A DNA stretch of 44,130 bases from Clostridia bacterium (GCA_050261755.1 JBLNDP010000161.1:1-44130), one strand, 5' to 3'; positions 23,958-32,900 are shown, counted from the first letter of the stretch. Notes: generated by a model from the sequence alone, not told the origin. Numbers and translations are program-made.

Positions 23958-24544
23958 CGCTCGCGCTTGTCTTCCTGCAGGAGCTTCTCGAAGCGACGGT
24001 CGGGGACGATCCACATCGCCGCCACCGCGACGTAGCCGGCGCACGCGGCCGCCGGCCAGAAGAACGCGGCGGCAATCGAGGCGGCGTAGAGGGCCAGCGA
24101 GACGTTACCCTTGGCGTCCGACCCGAGCCCGCGCGCGAAGAGCGAGTCCTTCGCATGGATGCGGAGCAAGGAGCGCGTAAGGATCGTGTAGGCGAGCGCC
24201 GAGCACAAGAGGACCACGCCATAGGCGAGGACCGGCAGCCGCTCGAAGTGGTTTTCGCCCATCCAGCCGGTGACGAAGGGAACGAGCGACAGCCAGAAGA
24301 GCAGGTGCAGGTTCGCCCACAGCACCGGCCCGTTCACGTGGTGGACCGCATGGAACATGTGGTGGTGGTTCGACCAGTAGATGCCCACGTAGACGAAGCT
24401 GAGCACGTACGTCAGGAAGACGGGCAGCACCGGCGCGAGCGCGGGAAGGCCGGCGTCATGCGGCACCTTCATCTCCAGCACCATGATGGTGATGATGACG
24501 GCGAGCACGCCGTCGGAGAACGCCTCGAGTCGCCCTTTCGACAC
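23954..24544 (-). CDS. TMEM175 family potassium channel (DUF1211)
   Basis: RLEAFSDGVLAVIITIMVL (RxxxFSD signature), YVLSF...GIYW.NHH, six TM segments; GTG start. Confidence 0.92.
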   Translation of the reverse strand: MSKGRLEAFSDGVLAVIITIMVLEMKVPHDAGLPALAPVLPVFLTYVLSFVYVGIYWSNHHHMFHAVHHVNGPVLWANLHLLFWLSLVPFVTGWMGENHFERLPVLAYGVVLLCSALAYTILTRSLLRIHAKDSLFARGLGSDAKGNVSLALYAASIAAAFFWPAAACAGYVAVAAMWIVPDRRFEKLLQEDKRER

Positions 24545-24562
24545 GGGCGCATCTTAGCTGGC

Positions 24563-24796
24563 ATGGCCCGTGCATGCCCGGCGCCCATGGAGCTCGGCCG
24601 CGAAGACCTCCTGGTCGCCCAGAACCACGCGAAGGTGGTCGCGTCCGAGACCGACCTCCTCGTCGAGGAGAGCCAGCGCCAGCGCGAGCAGATGCAAGCG
24701 CTGATGCGCACGCTTCGAGAGCTCCAGCGGCGGCAACGTGAGCTGATTGGCCAGGCTCGTCGGCAAAACGAGCTGTTACGCCGGCGCGCAAAGTGA
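24563..24796 (+). CDS. small coiled-coil hypothetical protein
   Basis: Gln/Arg/Glu-rich heptad-like sequence filling the gap after TMEM175; start at 24563 or 24587. Confidence 0.5.
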   Translation: MARACPAPMELGREDLLVAQNHAKVVASETDLLVEESQRQREQMQALMRTLRELQRRQRELIGQARRQNELLRRRAK

Positions 24797-24836
24797 CTCC
24801 TGGACGGGCACTTCCCTTGCTGAAAACGAGGCGGCC

Positions 24837-25034
24837 ATGAAGCGGATGAGCACCTGGGAATGCGCGCTTGCCACGATGGAGGAGGCGCGCCGTCTCGTGA
24901 GGGTGTCCCGCCAGCTGCGCCACGACGCCCGGAACATCCGCCAGCGGGTGTACGGCTACCGGTTCCTTCGGCGCCTTGCGTCTAGCGGCTCGGCGGGCCC
25001 GGCAGCTCCCGGGCGTAGCCCCGGTAGCCCTTGA
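24837..25034 (+). CDS. small hypothetical protein
   Basis: ATG 24837 with GAGG upstream; basic helical peptide; the 3' end overlaps the convergent gene. Confidence 0.35.
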   Translation: MKRMSTWECALATMEEARRLVRVSRQLRHDARNIRQRVYGYRFLRRLASSGSAGPAAPGRSPGSP

Positions 25035-25551
25035 AGGCTCCGCTCTCGTCGAAGATGGGCCGGCCGCTGATGCTGATCCAGCGCTGCCCTCCGGAGGGCG
25101 TCGGGCGGCAGATGATCAAGTCGGTGAAGGCGCGGCGAGCCGCGAGGTCGGCGCGATGCCGGTCCCAGTCCGCCTCGCTCATGTTGAGCGCGGGCAGCTC
25201 CCAGCGCGTCTTGCCGACGATGCTGCCCATCGGATCGGGCTGGCGCTCGTAGGCCGTGCCCACGCGCCAGACGAAGCGATAGTTCACGTCCTGCTCCCAG
25301 AAATAATGCTGCCCGCACCGGCCGCAGAAGCGGATGCCGGGGTCGGCGAGCAGGCGCGCGAAATCAATCGCCGCGCCGCAGGCCTCGCATCGGCCGAACT
25401 TCGGCGCCTGGATATGGGCGAGGTCCGATTCGAGAAGGGTCAGCTCGGCTTCGTTCTGCGGCCGGGCCAGCTCCGCGATCCGCGACGTGACCAGGCGCCT
25501 GAGCGCCTCACGGTAGAACGGCAGGTCCCCCTGCGGCGGGTCCATGGGCAT
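24982..25551 (-). CDS. DksA/TraR-type C4 zinc finger fused to a PAS domain
   Basis: FGRCEAC-x17-CGRC with I...RL.A.P (the DksA/TraR spacing), then YFWEQD..YRF, GKTRWEL, W.RHRADL.AR..F.D and RWISISGRPIFDESG.F.GYRG (PAS/PAC). Confidence 0.78.
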   Translation of the reverse strand: MPMDPPQGDLPFYREALRRLVTSRIAELARPQNEAELTLLESDLAHIQAPKFGRCEACGAAIDFARLLADPGIRFCGRCGQHYFWEQDVNYRFVWRVGTAYERQPDPMGSIVGKTRWELPALNMSEADWDRHRADLAARRAFTDLIICRPTPSGGQRWISISGRPIFDESGAFKGYRGYARELPGPPSR

Positions 25552-25587
25552 CGGCTTGCAACGAGCGTTCCTTGCGGGACAGTGTAC

Positions 25588-25980
25588 TCACCGGAGCAGC
25601 CGCCGCGCCACCATGGCGAGCACGACGACGAGAAGCAGCGTCCCGACGCCGAACGCCCCGCGGCAGGCCCATTCTGCGGCAGCGGTATTGATGAAGAAAA
25701 GGAGGGCGGTGCAGTTCCTCGGTCCGGGGCCGAAGGAGATCCAGGCCGAGACCACCAGCATGCCGAGCACCGTCGCCAGCGTCAGCCATTCGCCGGCGCG
25801 ACGGGCGCCGTACTCGCGGAAGAGGAGCGAGGCGCCGGCCAGGACGAAGGCCGCCATGCCGGCGTAGGCGACCCATGCCTCGGCACGCAGATTCTCCGGG
25901 TGCAGGAAGACCATCGCGAAGCCGAACAATCCGACGGCGACCGCGCCCCAGCCGGCGAGAAGCCGCTGTTTATCTCGCAT
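25588..25980 (-). CDS. hypothetical membrane protein (4 TM)
   Basis: Four hydrophobic segments, WISFGPGPRNC...CRGAFG with a Cys pair in a loop; the start overlaps the lysR stop by 11 nt. Confidence 0.7.
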   Translation of the reverse strand: MRDKQRLLAGWGAVAVGLFGFAMVFLHPENLRAEAWVAYAGMAAFVLAGASLLFREYGARRAGEWLTLATVLGMLVVSAWISFGPGPRNCTALLFFINTAAAEWACRGAFGVGTLLLVVVLAMVARRLLR

Positions 25981-26947
25981 GATCGCCGAGTGATTTCGCC
26001 ACTTCGCGCGTGTACTGCAGAAACACGTCGACCGCCGGAGTCAGGGTGCGGTTGCGGAGGGTAACCGCCGCGACGGGCGACGGACGGTGCGACAGGTGTA
26101 CGGGAAGGGCCTTGAGCTCGTAGCGCTCGCCGCTCGTCCGCAGGAAGGAGCGCGGCAGCACGGCAACGTACTTGCCCGTGCTTGCCAGCATGCTGCGCAG
26201 GTGGATGGAGAAAGTCTCGATCGCTGCCTTCGGCGGCTCGAGGCCCTTGTCGCGAAAAGCGGCCGCGACGAGGAGGCCCGCTAGGGCATCGTCCGGCGTG
26301 AAGATCCAGGGCTCGCGCGCCAGCTCCGCGAGATCGACCGTCCGCGCGTGCGCCCATCGGCTTTTCCGGCCGACCACGATGAAGAAGGGATCGTCGAAAA
26401 GCACCTCCGCTTCGTAGTTCTCGCCCAACCTTCCGCGCACCGGCGGCTTCGTCAGCCGGGCGAGGCGCAAATCCGCCTTTCGTTCGAGCAGCTCCTGGAA
26501 CTCGCTGCTCGACATCCGCGACACCACCTGGACGTTGAATCGGAAAGCCGGGTGCTTGGCGACGATGCGCTCGATCACGAGGGCGAGATAGGCGGCGAGG
26601 GACTCGGGGCAGGCGATGCGCACTTCGCCGGCCGCCGGATCGGCGAGGAACTCGATGTCGCGAATGCCCTGGCGCAGCTCGTCGAATGCCGCGCGTCCCC
26701 GCCGGAGGATCGTCTGGCCATAGAGGGTGGGCCGTACGCCCTTCGGCGTGCGGTCGAGCAGGCGGACGCCGAGGGCGTGCTCGAGGTCGGCGAGCAGCGC
26801 CGAGACGGACGGCGTGGAGACGCCGAGCTGCGCGGCCGCCTTCGCCATGCTGCCGGCGTCGACGACCGTGAACAGGACGAAGAGGTCCCGCAGCCTCAGG
26901 CGGCGGCCGATGTGGCGCTCCCAGTCGGTGATGCGTGCTCTGGGCAT
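25970..26947 (-). CDS. LysR family transcriptional regulator
   Basis: RLRLRDL...V..GSMAKAAAQLGVSTPSVS...DLE..LGVRLLDR HTH followed by a substrate-binding domain; start ATG 26947. Confidence 0.93.
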   Translation of the reverse strand: MPRARITDWERHIGRRLRLRDLFVLFTVVDAGSMAKAAAQLGVSTPSVSALLADLEHALGVRLLDRTPKGVRPTLYGQTILRRGRAAFDELRQGIRDIEFLADPAAGEVRIACPESLAAYLALVIERIVAKHPAFRFNVQVVSRMSSSEFQELLERKADLRLARLTKPPVRGRLGENYEAEVLFDDPFFIVVGRKSRWAHARTVDLAELAREPWIFTPDDALAGLLVAAAFRDKGLEPPKAAIETFSIHLRSMLASTGKYVAVLPRSFLRTSGERYELKALPVHLSHRPSPVAAVTLRNRTLTPAVDVFLQYTREVAKSLGDHAR

Positions 26948-27019
26948 TAACCGCATTCCTAACATGCTTTAGCTAGATTGGGAATTGGCCTAATGCTGGA
27001 TGAGCGGAAGATCTCGGGC

Positions 27020-27988
27020 ATGAACCCCCTGATCCGCGTCCTCGCTGTCGTCCTCCTCGCCGCCACGGCTTCCGCTCATGCCGACCAGTGGCCGAGCAAG
27101 CCGATTCGCTACATCGCCGTGTTCCCGCCCGGCGGCCCCACCGACATCCTCGCCCGCCTCATTTCGCCGCGCCTGGGCCAGGCGCTCGGGCAGCCGGTGG
27201 TGGTCGAGAACCGGCCCGGCCTCGCGGGCGGCATAGGCTCGGCGGTCCTCGCCAAGTCCGCCCCCGACGGCTACACCATCGGTGGCGCCACCAGCAGCTC
27301 GCACGCGATCAACGCGGCGCTCTACCCGAACCTGAACTACGACCCGGTGAAAGACTTTGCGCCGATCACCGTGCTCGCCACCTATCCCAACGTGCTGGTC
27401 GTGAACGCGAAGCTGCACGTCGACACCGTGGGCGACCTCATCGCCCTGCTGAAAGCGAACCCCGACAAGTACAGCTTCGGCTCGGGCGGCAGCGGAACGG
27501 GCGAGCACCTTGCCGGCGAGCTGTTCAAGATGGCGGCCGACGTGCACATCGAGCACATCCCCTACAAGGGAAGCGGGGTGCTCATGCCGGACCTCATTTC
27601 GGGGGTCGTGCCGATGAGCTTTCTCAATATCCTGGCCGTGGCGCCGCAGGTGAGGAGCGGGCGGCTGCACGCCCTCGCCGTGATGTCCGAGGCGAGGTCG
27701 CCGGCGCTGCCCGACGTGCCTTCCATCACCGAGGCGGGCCTGCCGCCGGAATGCGCATTACAGGGTTGGCAGGCGCTGTTCGCGCCGGCCGGGACGCCGA
27801 AGGAGATCGTCGGCCGCCTCTACTCGGAAGTCGCCCGCATCCTGAAGGAGCCGGAGGTCGCGCAGAGGATCCGCGATCTTGGCGCCGAGCCGGGCGGGAT
27901 GGCGCCGCAGGCCCTTGGCGAGCTGATACGCAACGACATTCAGCGCTACGCCAAGATCGTGCACGCGTCCGGCGCTCACGCCGACTGA
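27020..27988 (+). CDS. tripartite tricarboxylate transporter substrate-binding protein (Bug/TctC)
   Basis: Signal peptide, WPSKPIR...FPPGGPTDILAR, VVENRPG.AG.IG, PDGYT and HIPYKG motifs. Confidence 0.95.
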   Translation: MNPLIRVLAVVLLAATASAHADQWPSKPIRYIAVFPPGGPTDILARLISPRLGQALGQPVVVENRPGLAGGIGSAVLAKSAPDGYTIGGATSSSHAINAALYPNLNYDPVKDFAPITVLATYPNVLVVNAKLHVDTVGDLIALLKANPDKYSFGSGGSGTGEHLAGELFKMAADVHIEHIPYKGSGVLMPDLISGVVPMSFLNILAVAPQVRSGRLHALAVMSEARSPALPDVPSITEAGLPPECALQGWQALFAPAGTPKEIVGRLYSEVARILKEPEVAQRIRDLGAEPGGMAPQALGELIRNDIQRYAKIVHASGAHAD

Positions 27989-27996
27989 GGGAAACG

Positions 27997-28710
27997 CTAA
28001 AGCCCCAGGTACGCCTGCCGCACTCGGTCGTCGTGCAGGAGCTCGCTGCCGGCGCCCGACATGGCCACGCGTCCGTTCTCCAGGACGTAGGCCCGCTGGG
28101 AAATCTTGAGCGACACGGCGACGTTCTGCTCGACGAGGAGCACCGTCATGCCGCGTCCATTGAGCGCGCGGATGGCGTGCAGCACTTCCTGCACCACGAT
28201 CGGTGCGAGGCCGAGCGACGGCTCGTCGAACATGATGAGCTCCGGCTGGCCCATGAGGCAGCGGCCGATGGCGAGCATCTGCTGCTCGCCGCCGGAGAGC
28301 GTTCCCGCGCTCTGGTCGCGGCGCTCGGCGAGGCGCGGGAACATGGCGAACACCTCGTCGAGGGCCTGCGCCGCCTTGGCGCGCGCGCGCGGCAGGAGGC
28401 CGCCCATCTGCAGGTTCTCGAGCACCGTGAGCGTGGGGAAGACCTGCCGGCCCTCGGCGACCTGGCCGATGCCCAGGTTGCAGATGCGATGCGGGGGCAG
28501 GTTCTGGATTTCCTTGTCCTTGAAGAAGATCCTCCCGGACGAAATTGCCTGGATGCCCGCGATGGCGCGGATGAGGGAGGTCTTGCCCGCGCCGTTCGCG
28601 CCGACGATGGCGACGATCGCGCCTTGCGGCACTTCGAGCGAAACGCCGGACAGGGCCTGGGCATCGCCATAGAATAGGTCCAGGTTCCTGATCTCGAGGA
28701 ACGGGCTCAT
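27997..28710 (-). CDS. branched-chain amino acid-type ABC transporter ATP-binding protein (LivF-like)
   Basis: GANGAGKT, LSGGEQQML, DEPSLGLAP and LLVEQN motifs. Confidence 0.95.
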   Translation of the reverse strand: MSPFLEIRNLDLFYGDAQALSGVSLEVPQGAIVAIVGANGAGKTSLIRAIAGIQAISSGRIFFKDKEIQNLPPHRICNLGIGQVAEGRQVFPTLTVLENLQMGGLLPRARAKAAQALDEVFAMFPRLAERRDQSAGTLSGGEQQMLAIGRCLMGQPELIMFDEPSLGLAPIVVQEVLHAIRALNGRGMTVLLVEQNVAVSLKISQRAYVLENGRVAMSGAGSELLHDDRVRQAYLGL

Positions 28711-29432
28711 ATCTCCGTTTCCTCGCCCAGGTAGCACTCGAGCACCGCCTCGTTGCGCACGATCTCCTGCGGCGTCCCGCGCGCGATCACCTCGCCGTGG
28801 TGCAGCACGCCGACGTGGCGCGCAAGGGCCATGACCGCCCGCATGACGTGCTCGATGAGGAGGATGGTCGTGCCTTCGTCGCGGTTGAGCGCGCGGAACA
28901 CTTCCACCATCTGGTCGGTTTCCGTCGGCCGAAGGCCGGCCATGACCTCGTCGAGGAGCAGGAGCTTCGGGCGCGTGGCGAGCGCGCGGGCCACCTCGAG
29001 GCGCTTGCGGTCGGGCAGCGTCAGCGCGGAAGCCGGGAGATTCGCTTTAGGGGAAAGATTCAACTGCTCGAGCACCGAAAGCGATACGGCCTTCGCTCCC
29101 GCAGAAGACTTTTCCTTGAGGAAGGCGCCCACCATGACGTTCTCGAGCACCGTGAGCCCCGCGAATGGCTTCACGATCTGGAACGTGCGGCCGATGCCGG
29201 CGGCGCAGACCTGGTCCGGGCGCAACCCCTGGATTTCCTCCTTGTCGAAGACAACGACGCCCCTGTCCGGAGCGTAGACCCCGGCGATCACGTTGAAGAG
29301 CGTCGTCTTGCCCGCGCCGTTGGGGCCGATGAGCGCGTTGATCGTGCCCTCGGCGAGCTCGAACGAGGCGTCGGACACGGCCTTCAGGCCCCGGAACGAC
29401 TTCGATATGCCGCGGACCTCAAGCAGCGCCAT
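28707..29432 (-). CDS. branched-chain amino acid-type ABC transporter ATP-binding protein (LivG-like)
   Basis: GPNGAGKTT, GIGRTFQ, RLEVARALA..PKLLLLDE and IEH motifs. Confidence 0.95.
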   Translation of the reverse strand: MALLEVRGISKSFRGLKAVSDASFELAEGTINALIGPNGAGKTTLFNVIAGVYAPDRGVVVFDKEEIQGLRPDQVCAAGIGRTFQIVKPFAGLTVLENVMVGAFLKEKSSAGAKAVSLSVLEQLNLSPKANLPASALTLPDRKRLEVARALATRPKLLLLDEVMAGLRPTETDQMVEVFRALNRDEGTTILLIEHVMRAVMALARHVGVLHHGEVIARGTPQEIVRNEAVLECYLGEETEI

Positions 29433-29730
29433 CGGCCGCCTTTCCGCGCCGGAAGAAGAAGCCGAGCGCGACGATCGAGACGACCCAGAAGAACGGCGCG
29501 AGGAAGATCAGGTCCACGCGGATATTGCATTCGCCGCCGCAGAGGATCCGGAGCTTCATCCCGGCTTCGTACGCCCCATAGAGGGCCCAGAGAACGGCGG
29601 TCGCGAGGATGAAGAAGCGCCGGCGCCGCCAGAAGAGCGCGCCGAAGACGCCGGCCGGCAGCAGCGCGAGCGCCGGCCACTCCATGAAGGCGACGAAAGG
29701 CAGGTACACGACCTGGATCACGGCCATCAT
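29419..29730 (-). CDS. small membrane protein with CxxECNIRVDL motif
   Basis: 103 aa with about 3 TM segments; ATGA overlap with the livM stop; its end overlaps the livG start. Confidence 0.72.
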   Translation of the reverse strand: MMAVIQVVYLPFVAFMEWPALALLPAGVFGALFWRRRRFFILATAVLWALYGAYEAGMKLRILCGGECNIRVDLIFLAPFFWVVSIVALGFFFRRGKAADGAA

Positions 29731-30704
29731 GACGAGCGCCGCCCCAGCCGCAGCCTCGCCGCGAGCGCCGGCCAGATGCCGTTGGGCAGGAACATCACGC
29801 AGACGAGCAGCACGGCGCCGTAGAAGACCTGCTTGATGCCGGGAAAGTCCCAGCCGAGCGTGGCGAGCCCCTCGGTGATGCTGTCGGAAAGCACCGTGAG
29901 CACCGCCGCGCCGAGGATCGGGCCGAAGAGCGTGCCGACGCCGCCGATGATCGGGCCGAGGATGATCTCGATCGAGCGGCTGATGTTGAAGATCTGCTCG
30001 GGAAAGAGGTTGTTGTAGTAGAAGGCGAAGAACACGCCGGCGAAGGCGGTCATCGCGGAGCTGAGCGCCACCGCGGCCATCTTCCAGCGGAACACGTTGA
30101 TCCCGAGCGCCTGCGCCGCCTCCTCGTTTTCGCGGATGGCCTGCCAGTAGAAGCCGGCCTTGCTCTTCAGCAGGGCGGAGCAGAGCGCGAACGCGAGGGC
30201 GGCCAGGAGAAGCGCGAAGTAGTAGTACATCAGCGGCGGGCCGCGGAGGTTGAGCAGGTCCCACGTGTCGCGCTGCGCCACCTTGAGGAACATGCCGCCC
30301 GGGCCGCCGGTCCAGCCGAGGTGGTCGAAGCCGATGCGCGTGAATTCCGCGAAGGCGATCGTGAGGAGCGCGAAATAGACGCCCGAGATGCCGAAGCGGA
30401 ACGCGAGGAAGCCGATGACCAGGCCGTAGGCCGTGCAGGCGATGACCGCCACCGGCAGCCCGACGAAGGGCGGGATCTGCAGGTGATAGAAGAGCCCGCC
30501 GGCGATGTAGCCCGCGACGCCCACGTAAAGCGCATGGCCGAGCGACAGCTGTCCGGCGAAGCCCATCATCACGTTCCACGCCTGGCCGGTGAAAGCGAAG
30601 TAGAGGATCAGCGTCGCGACGGACAGGGCGTACGGTCCGGCGAAGGCCGGGAAGGCGATCAGCAGGACCGCCAGGATCGCGAGCGCTGCGCTTGCCCTGT
30701 TCAT
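29727..30704 (-). CDS. branched-chain amino acid-type ABC transporter permease (LivM-like)
   Basis: WNVMMGFAGQLSLGH, YFALLTIAFAE, AIRENEEAA.ALG and IIGGVGT motifs. Confidence 0.95.
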   Translation of the reverse strand: MNRASAALAILAVLLIAFPAFAGPYALSVATLILYFAFTGQAWNVMMGFAGQLSLGHALYVGVAGYIAGGLFYHLQIPPFVGLPVAVIACTAYGLVIGFLAFRFGISGVYFALLTIAFAEFTRIGFDHLGWTGGPGGMFLKVAQRDTWDLLNLRGPPLMYYYFALLLAALAFALCSALLKSKAGFYWQAIRENEEAAQALGINVFRWKMAAVALSSAMTAFAGVFFAFYYNNLFPEQIFNISRSIEIILGPIIGGVGTLFGPILGAAVLTVLSDSITEGLATLGWDFPGIKQVFYGAVLLVCVMFLPNGIWPALAARLRLGRRSS

Positions 30705-31573
30705 GTCCCCTTCCTTCCCAGGAGGCCTTGCGGGCGGAAGAGGAGGACCAGGATGAGCAGGCCGAAGCTGAACATGCTCTTCGCGGAAGGATCGATGAAG
30801 AGGCCGGCGAGGGCCTCGGACACGCCGATCAGCACGCCGCCGAGGAGCGCTCCTCCCATGGAGCCGAGGCCGCCGACGATGACGATCACGAAGGCGAGGA
30901 GGGTGTAGTAGGGGCCAAGGCCCGGCGTGACGTCCACGAGGACGACCATGGCGCAGCCGGCGACCGCGACGCACACCGAGCCGAGGCCGAAGGTCAGGGC
31001 GTAGAGGTGCTTCGTGTTGAGCCCGACGACGAGCGCGCCAAGATGGTTGTCGGCGCAGGCCCGTATCGCCTTGCCGGTCAGGGAAAAGCGGAAAAAGGCG
31101 AACAGGGCGAGGGCGGTGGCGATCGCCGCGCCGGCGGCGTAGAGCCGCGACTTGTCGACGAGCACCTTGCCGAGCTCGAAGGACTCGAGCTGGTAGTCGA
31201 CCTGGACGTTGCGCGCGTCGGGGCCGAAGACCATCAGCAGCCCGTTCACGAGGATGATGGCGACCGCGACGAGCAGCATGAACTGCGAGTGCTCCGGCCG
31301 GGTGATGAACGGGTTGATGAATCCGCGCTGGAGGAAGTAGCCCAGCCCGAAGAAGAGGACCGAGACGGGCAGGATGGCGAGGAAGGGGTCGACGCCCCAG
31401 GCGGCGAAGAGGGCGGTCGCCGCGTACATGGCGATGGTCATCATCTCGCCGTGCGCGAAGTTCACCACCCGCACGACGCCGAAGATCACCGACAGCCCGA
31501 GCGCCATCAGGCCGTAGACGAGGCCCGTGAGGACCCCGGCCACGACCACGTTCGCTACGAGATCAAACCCCAT
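30701..31573 (-). CDS. branched-chain amino acid-type ABC transporter permease (LivH-like)
   Basis: ALGLSVIFGV..VVNFAHG, GKAIRA and VIVGGLGS motifs. Confidence 0.95.
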   Translation of the reverse strand: MGFDLVANVVVAGVLTGLVYGLMALGLSVIFGVVRVVNFAHGEMMTIAMYAATALFAAWGVDPFLAILPVSVLFFGLGYFLQRGFINPFITRPEHSQFMLLVAVAIILVNGLLMVFGPDARNVQVDYQLESFELGKVLVDKSRLYAAGAAIATALALFAFFRFSLTGKAIRACADNHLGALVVGLNTKHLYALTFGLGSVCVAVAGCAMVVLVDVTPGLGPYYTLLAFVIVIVGGLGSMGGALLGGVLIGVSEALAGLFIDPSAKSMFSFGLLILVLLFRPQGLLGRKGT

Positions 31574-31578
31574 GCGGA

Positions 31579-31651
31579 AAATCGGGGACGGCTACCGATT
31601 TATTTTCCCGCACGCCTGTCCAGCAAATAAATCGGTAGCCGTCCCCGATTT
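31579..31651. repeat. paired REP-like elements forming a 27-bp perfect inverted repeat with a 19-bp spacer
   Basis: AAATCGGGGACGGCTACCGATTTATTT (31579-31605) and its reverse complement AAATAAATCGGTAGCCGTCCCCGATTT (31625-31651), between the binding-protein gene and livH. Confidence 0.9.
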
Positions 31652-31655
31652 CCGG

Positions 31656-32876
31656 TCACGCTTTCTTGTAGCCCGGCACCGGGAAGACCGGCTTCGCCGT
31701 CGCAGCGCTCTGCGGCAACACCACCGTCGGCAGCATGTTCAGGTTCTGCACGCACGCGGAGCCGATGCCCTCGACCTGGCCCTTGGCGTTGAACTTGATC
31801 GGCCCGCCGAGCGTCATCTTCTCGGTGATGTTCGTCTGGCGGATGGCGTCGGCCAGCGTCTTCGGGTCGGTGGAGCGCGCGCGCTTGAACGCGTCGGCGG
31901 CGATGTAGATCGCCTCGAACGTGAAGCCGGCGTTCAGGCCGTGGAAGACCAGCTTGTCCTTCGGGTTCTGCTTGAGGAACGCTTTCTCGACGATCTTCGT
32001 GAGCTTGGCGTTCGGGTTGTACCAGGGCACGTTGGAGATCGAGTACTCGGAGAGCTTGCCGAGCGTCTTGAAGTACTGCTCCTCGTACATGCCGGGCGAG
32101 CCCGGGCTGATGATGCCCATTGGGTTCCAGCGCTGCTTCACCATCTCGCGGCGCAGGATGATGGCGTCGTTCAGGCGGCAGACCAGGAGGAGGAAGTCGG
32201 CATTGCTCGCCTTCGCCTTCGACACCTCCACGGTCAGGTCCTTGGCGGCCGGGTCGTAGGAGATCGTGTCGACGATCTTGAACGGCAGCTGCGTGCGTGC
32301 GGGAAGCATCCTTTGGATGCCGCCGGTCATGGCCTGGCCGAACGTGTCGTTCACGTGCATGTACACGGCGGTGCGCGGCACGCTGTTCGTCGCGCGGAAC
32401 AGATCGCCGATCAGGTCCAGGCCGTTGCGGACGATGTCGATCGCGGTCTGGAAGTTGCGGAACACGTACTTGTAGCCCTGCTCGGTGATCTGCGGCGCGG
32501 CGGCGATGTTGATGATGAAGGGCACGCCGCGCTGCTCGGCGACCTGGGCGATGGCGGAAGCCGCGCCGGAGTCGAACGGGCCGACGAGGACGTGCGCGCC
32601 CTCCTGGATCAGGCGCTCGGCGCGCGTGCGCGCCATGTCGACGTTGGTCTCGAAGTCGGCGTTCATGAGCTCGATGTCGACCCCGAGCATCTCCTTGATG
32701 ACGCCGGGCGCGAGGTCGGCGCCTTTCTGGCACGACTGGCCGATGAAGCTGAGGTAGCCCGAGCGCGGCAGGATCACGCCGACCTTGAGCTTCTGCGACT
32801 GCGCACGGACGATGCCGGGAAAGCCGGCGAGCGCGGCGGAGGCCGCGAGCGCCTGCGTGAATTGCCTTCTCTTCAT
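31656..32876 (-). CDS. ABC transporter substrate-binding protein (LivJ/K-like type I PBP, Tat signal)
   Basis: MKRRQF twin-arginine signal, KVGVILPRSG, LVGPFDSG; first gene of the Liv-type operon. Confidence 0.92.
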   Translation of the reverse strand: MKRRQFTQALAASAALAGFPGIVRAQSQKLKVGVILPRSGYLSFIGQSCQKGADLAPGVIKEMLGVDIELMNADFETNVDMARTRAERLIQEGAHVLVGPFDSGAASAIAQVAEQRGVPFIINIAAAPQITEQGYKYVFRNFQTAIDIVRNGLDLIGDLFRATNSVPRTAVYMHVNDTFGQAMTGGIQRMLPARTQLPFKIVDTISYDPAAKDLTVEVSKAKASNADFLLLVCRLNDAIILRREMVKQRWNPMGIISPGSPGMYEEQYFKTLGKLSEYSISNVPWYNPNAKLTKIVEKAFLKQNPKDKLVFHGLNAGFTFEAIYIAADAFKRARSTDPKTLADAIRQTNITEKMTLGGPIKFNAKGQVEGIGSACVQNLNMLPTVVLPQSAATAKPVFPVPGYKKA

Positions 32877-32900
32877 TGGGATCCTCCTCGGGTGACGCCG

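Noticed and set aside
31579-31651. Inverted repeat as a CRISPR repeat, intrinsic terminator or IS end
   Set aside because: There are only two inverted units, no cas or transposase gene, no evident target-site duplication and no long U-tract after the full stem; a REP doublet fits better.
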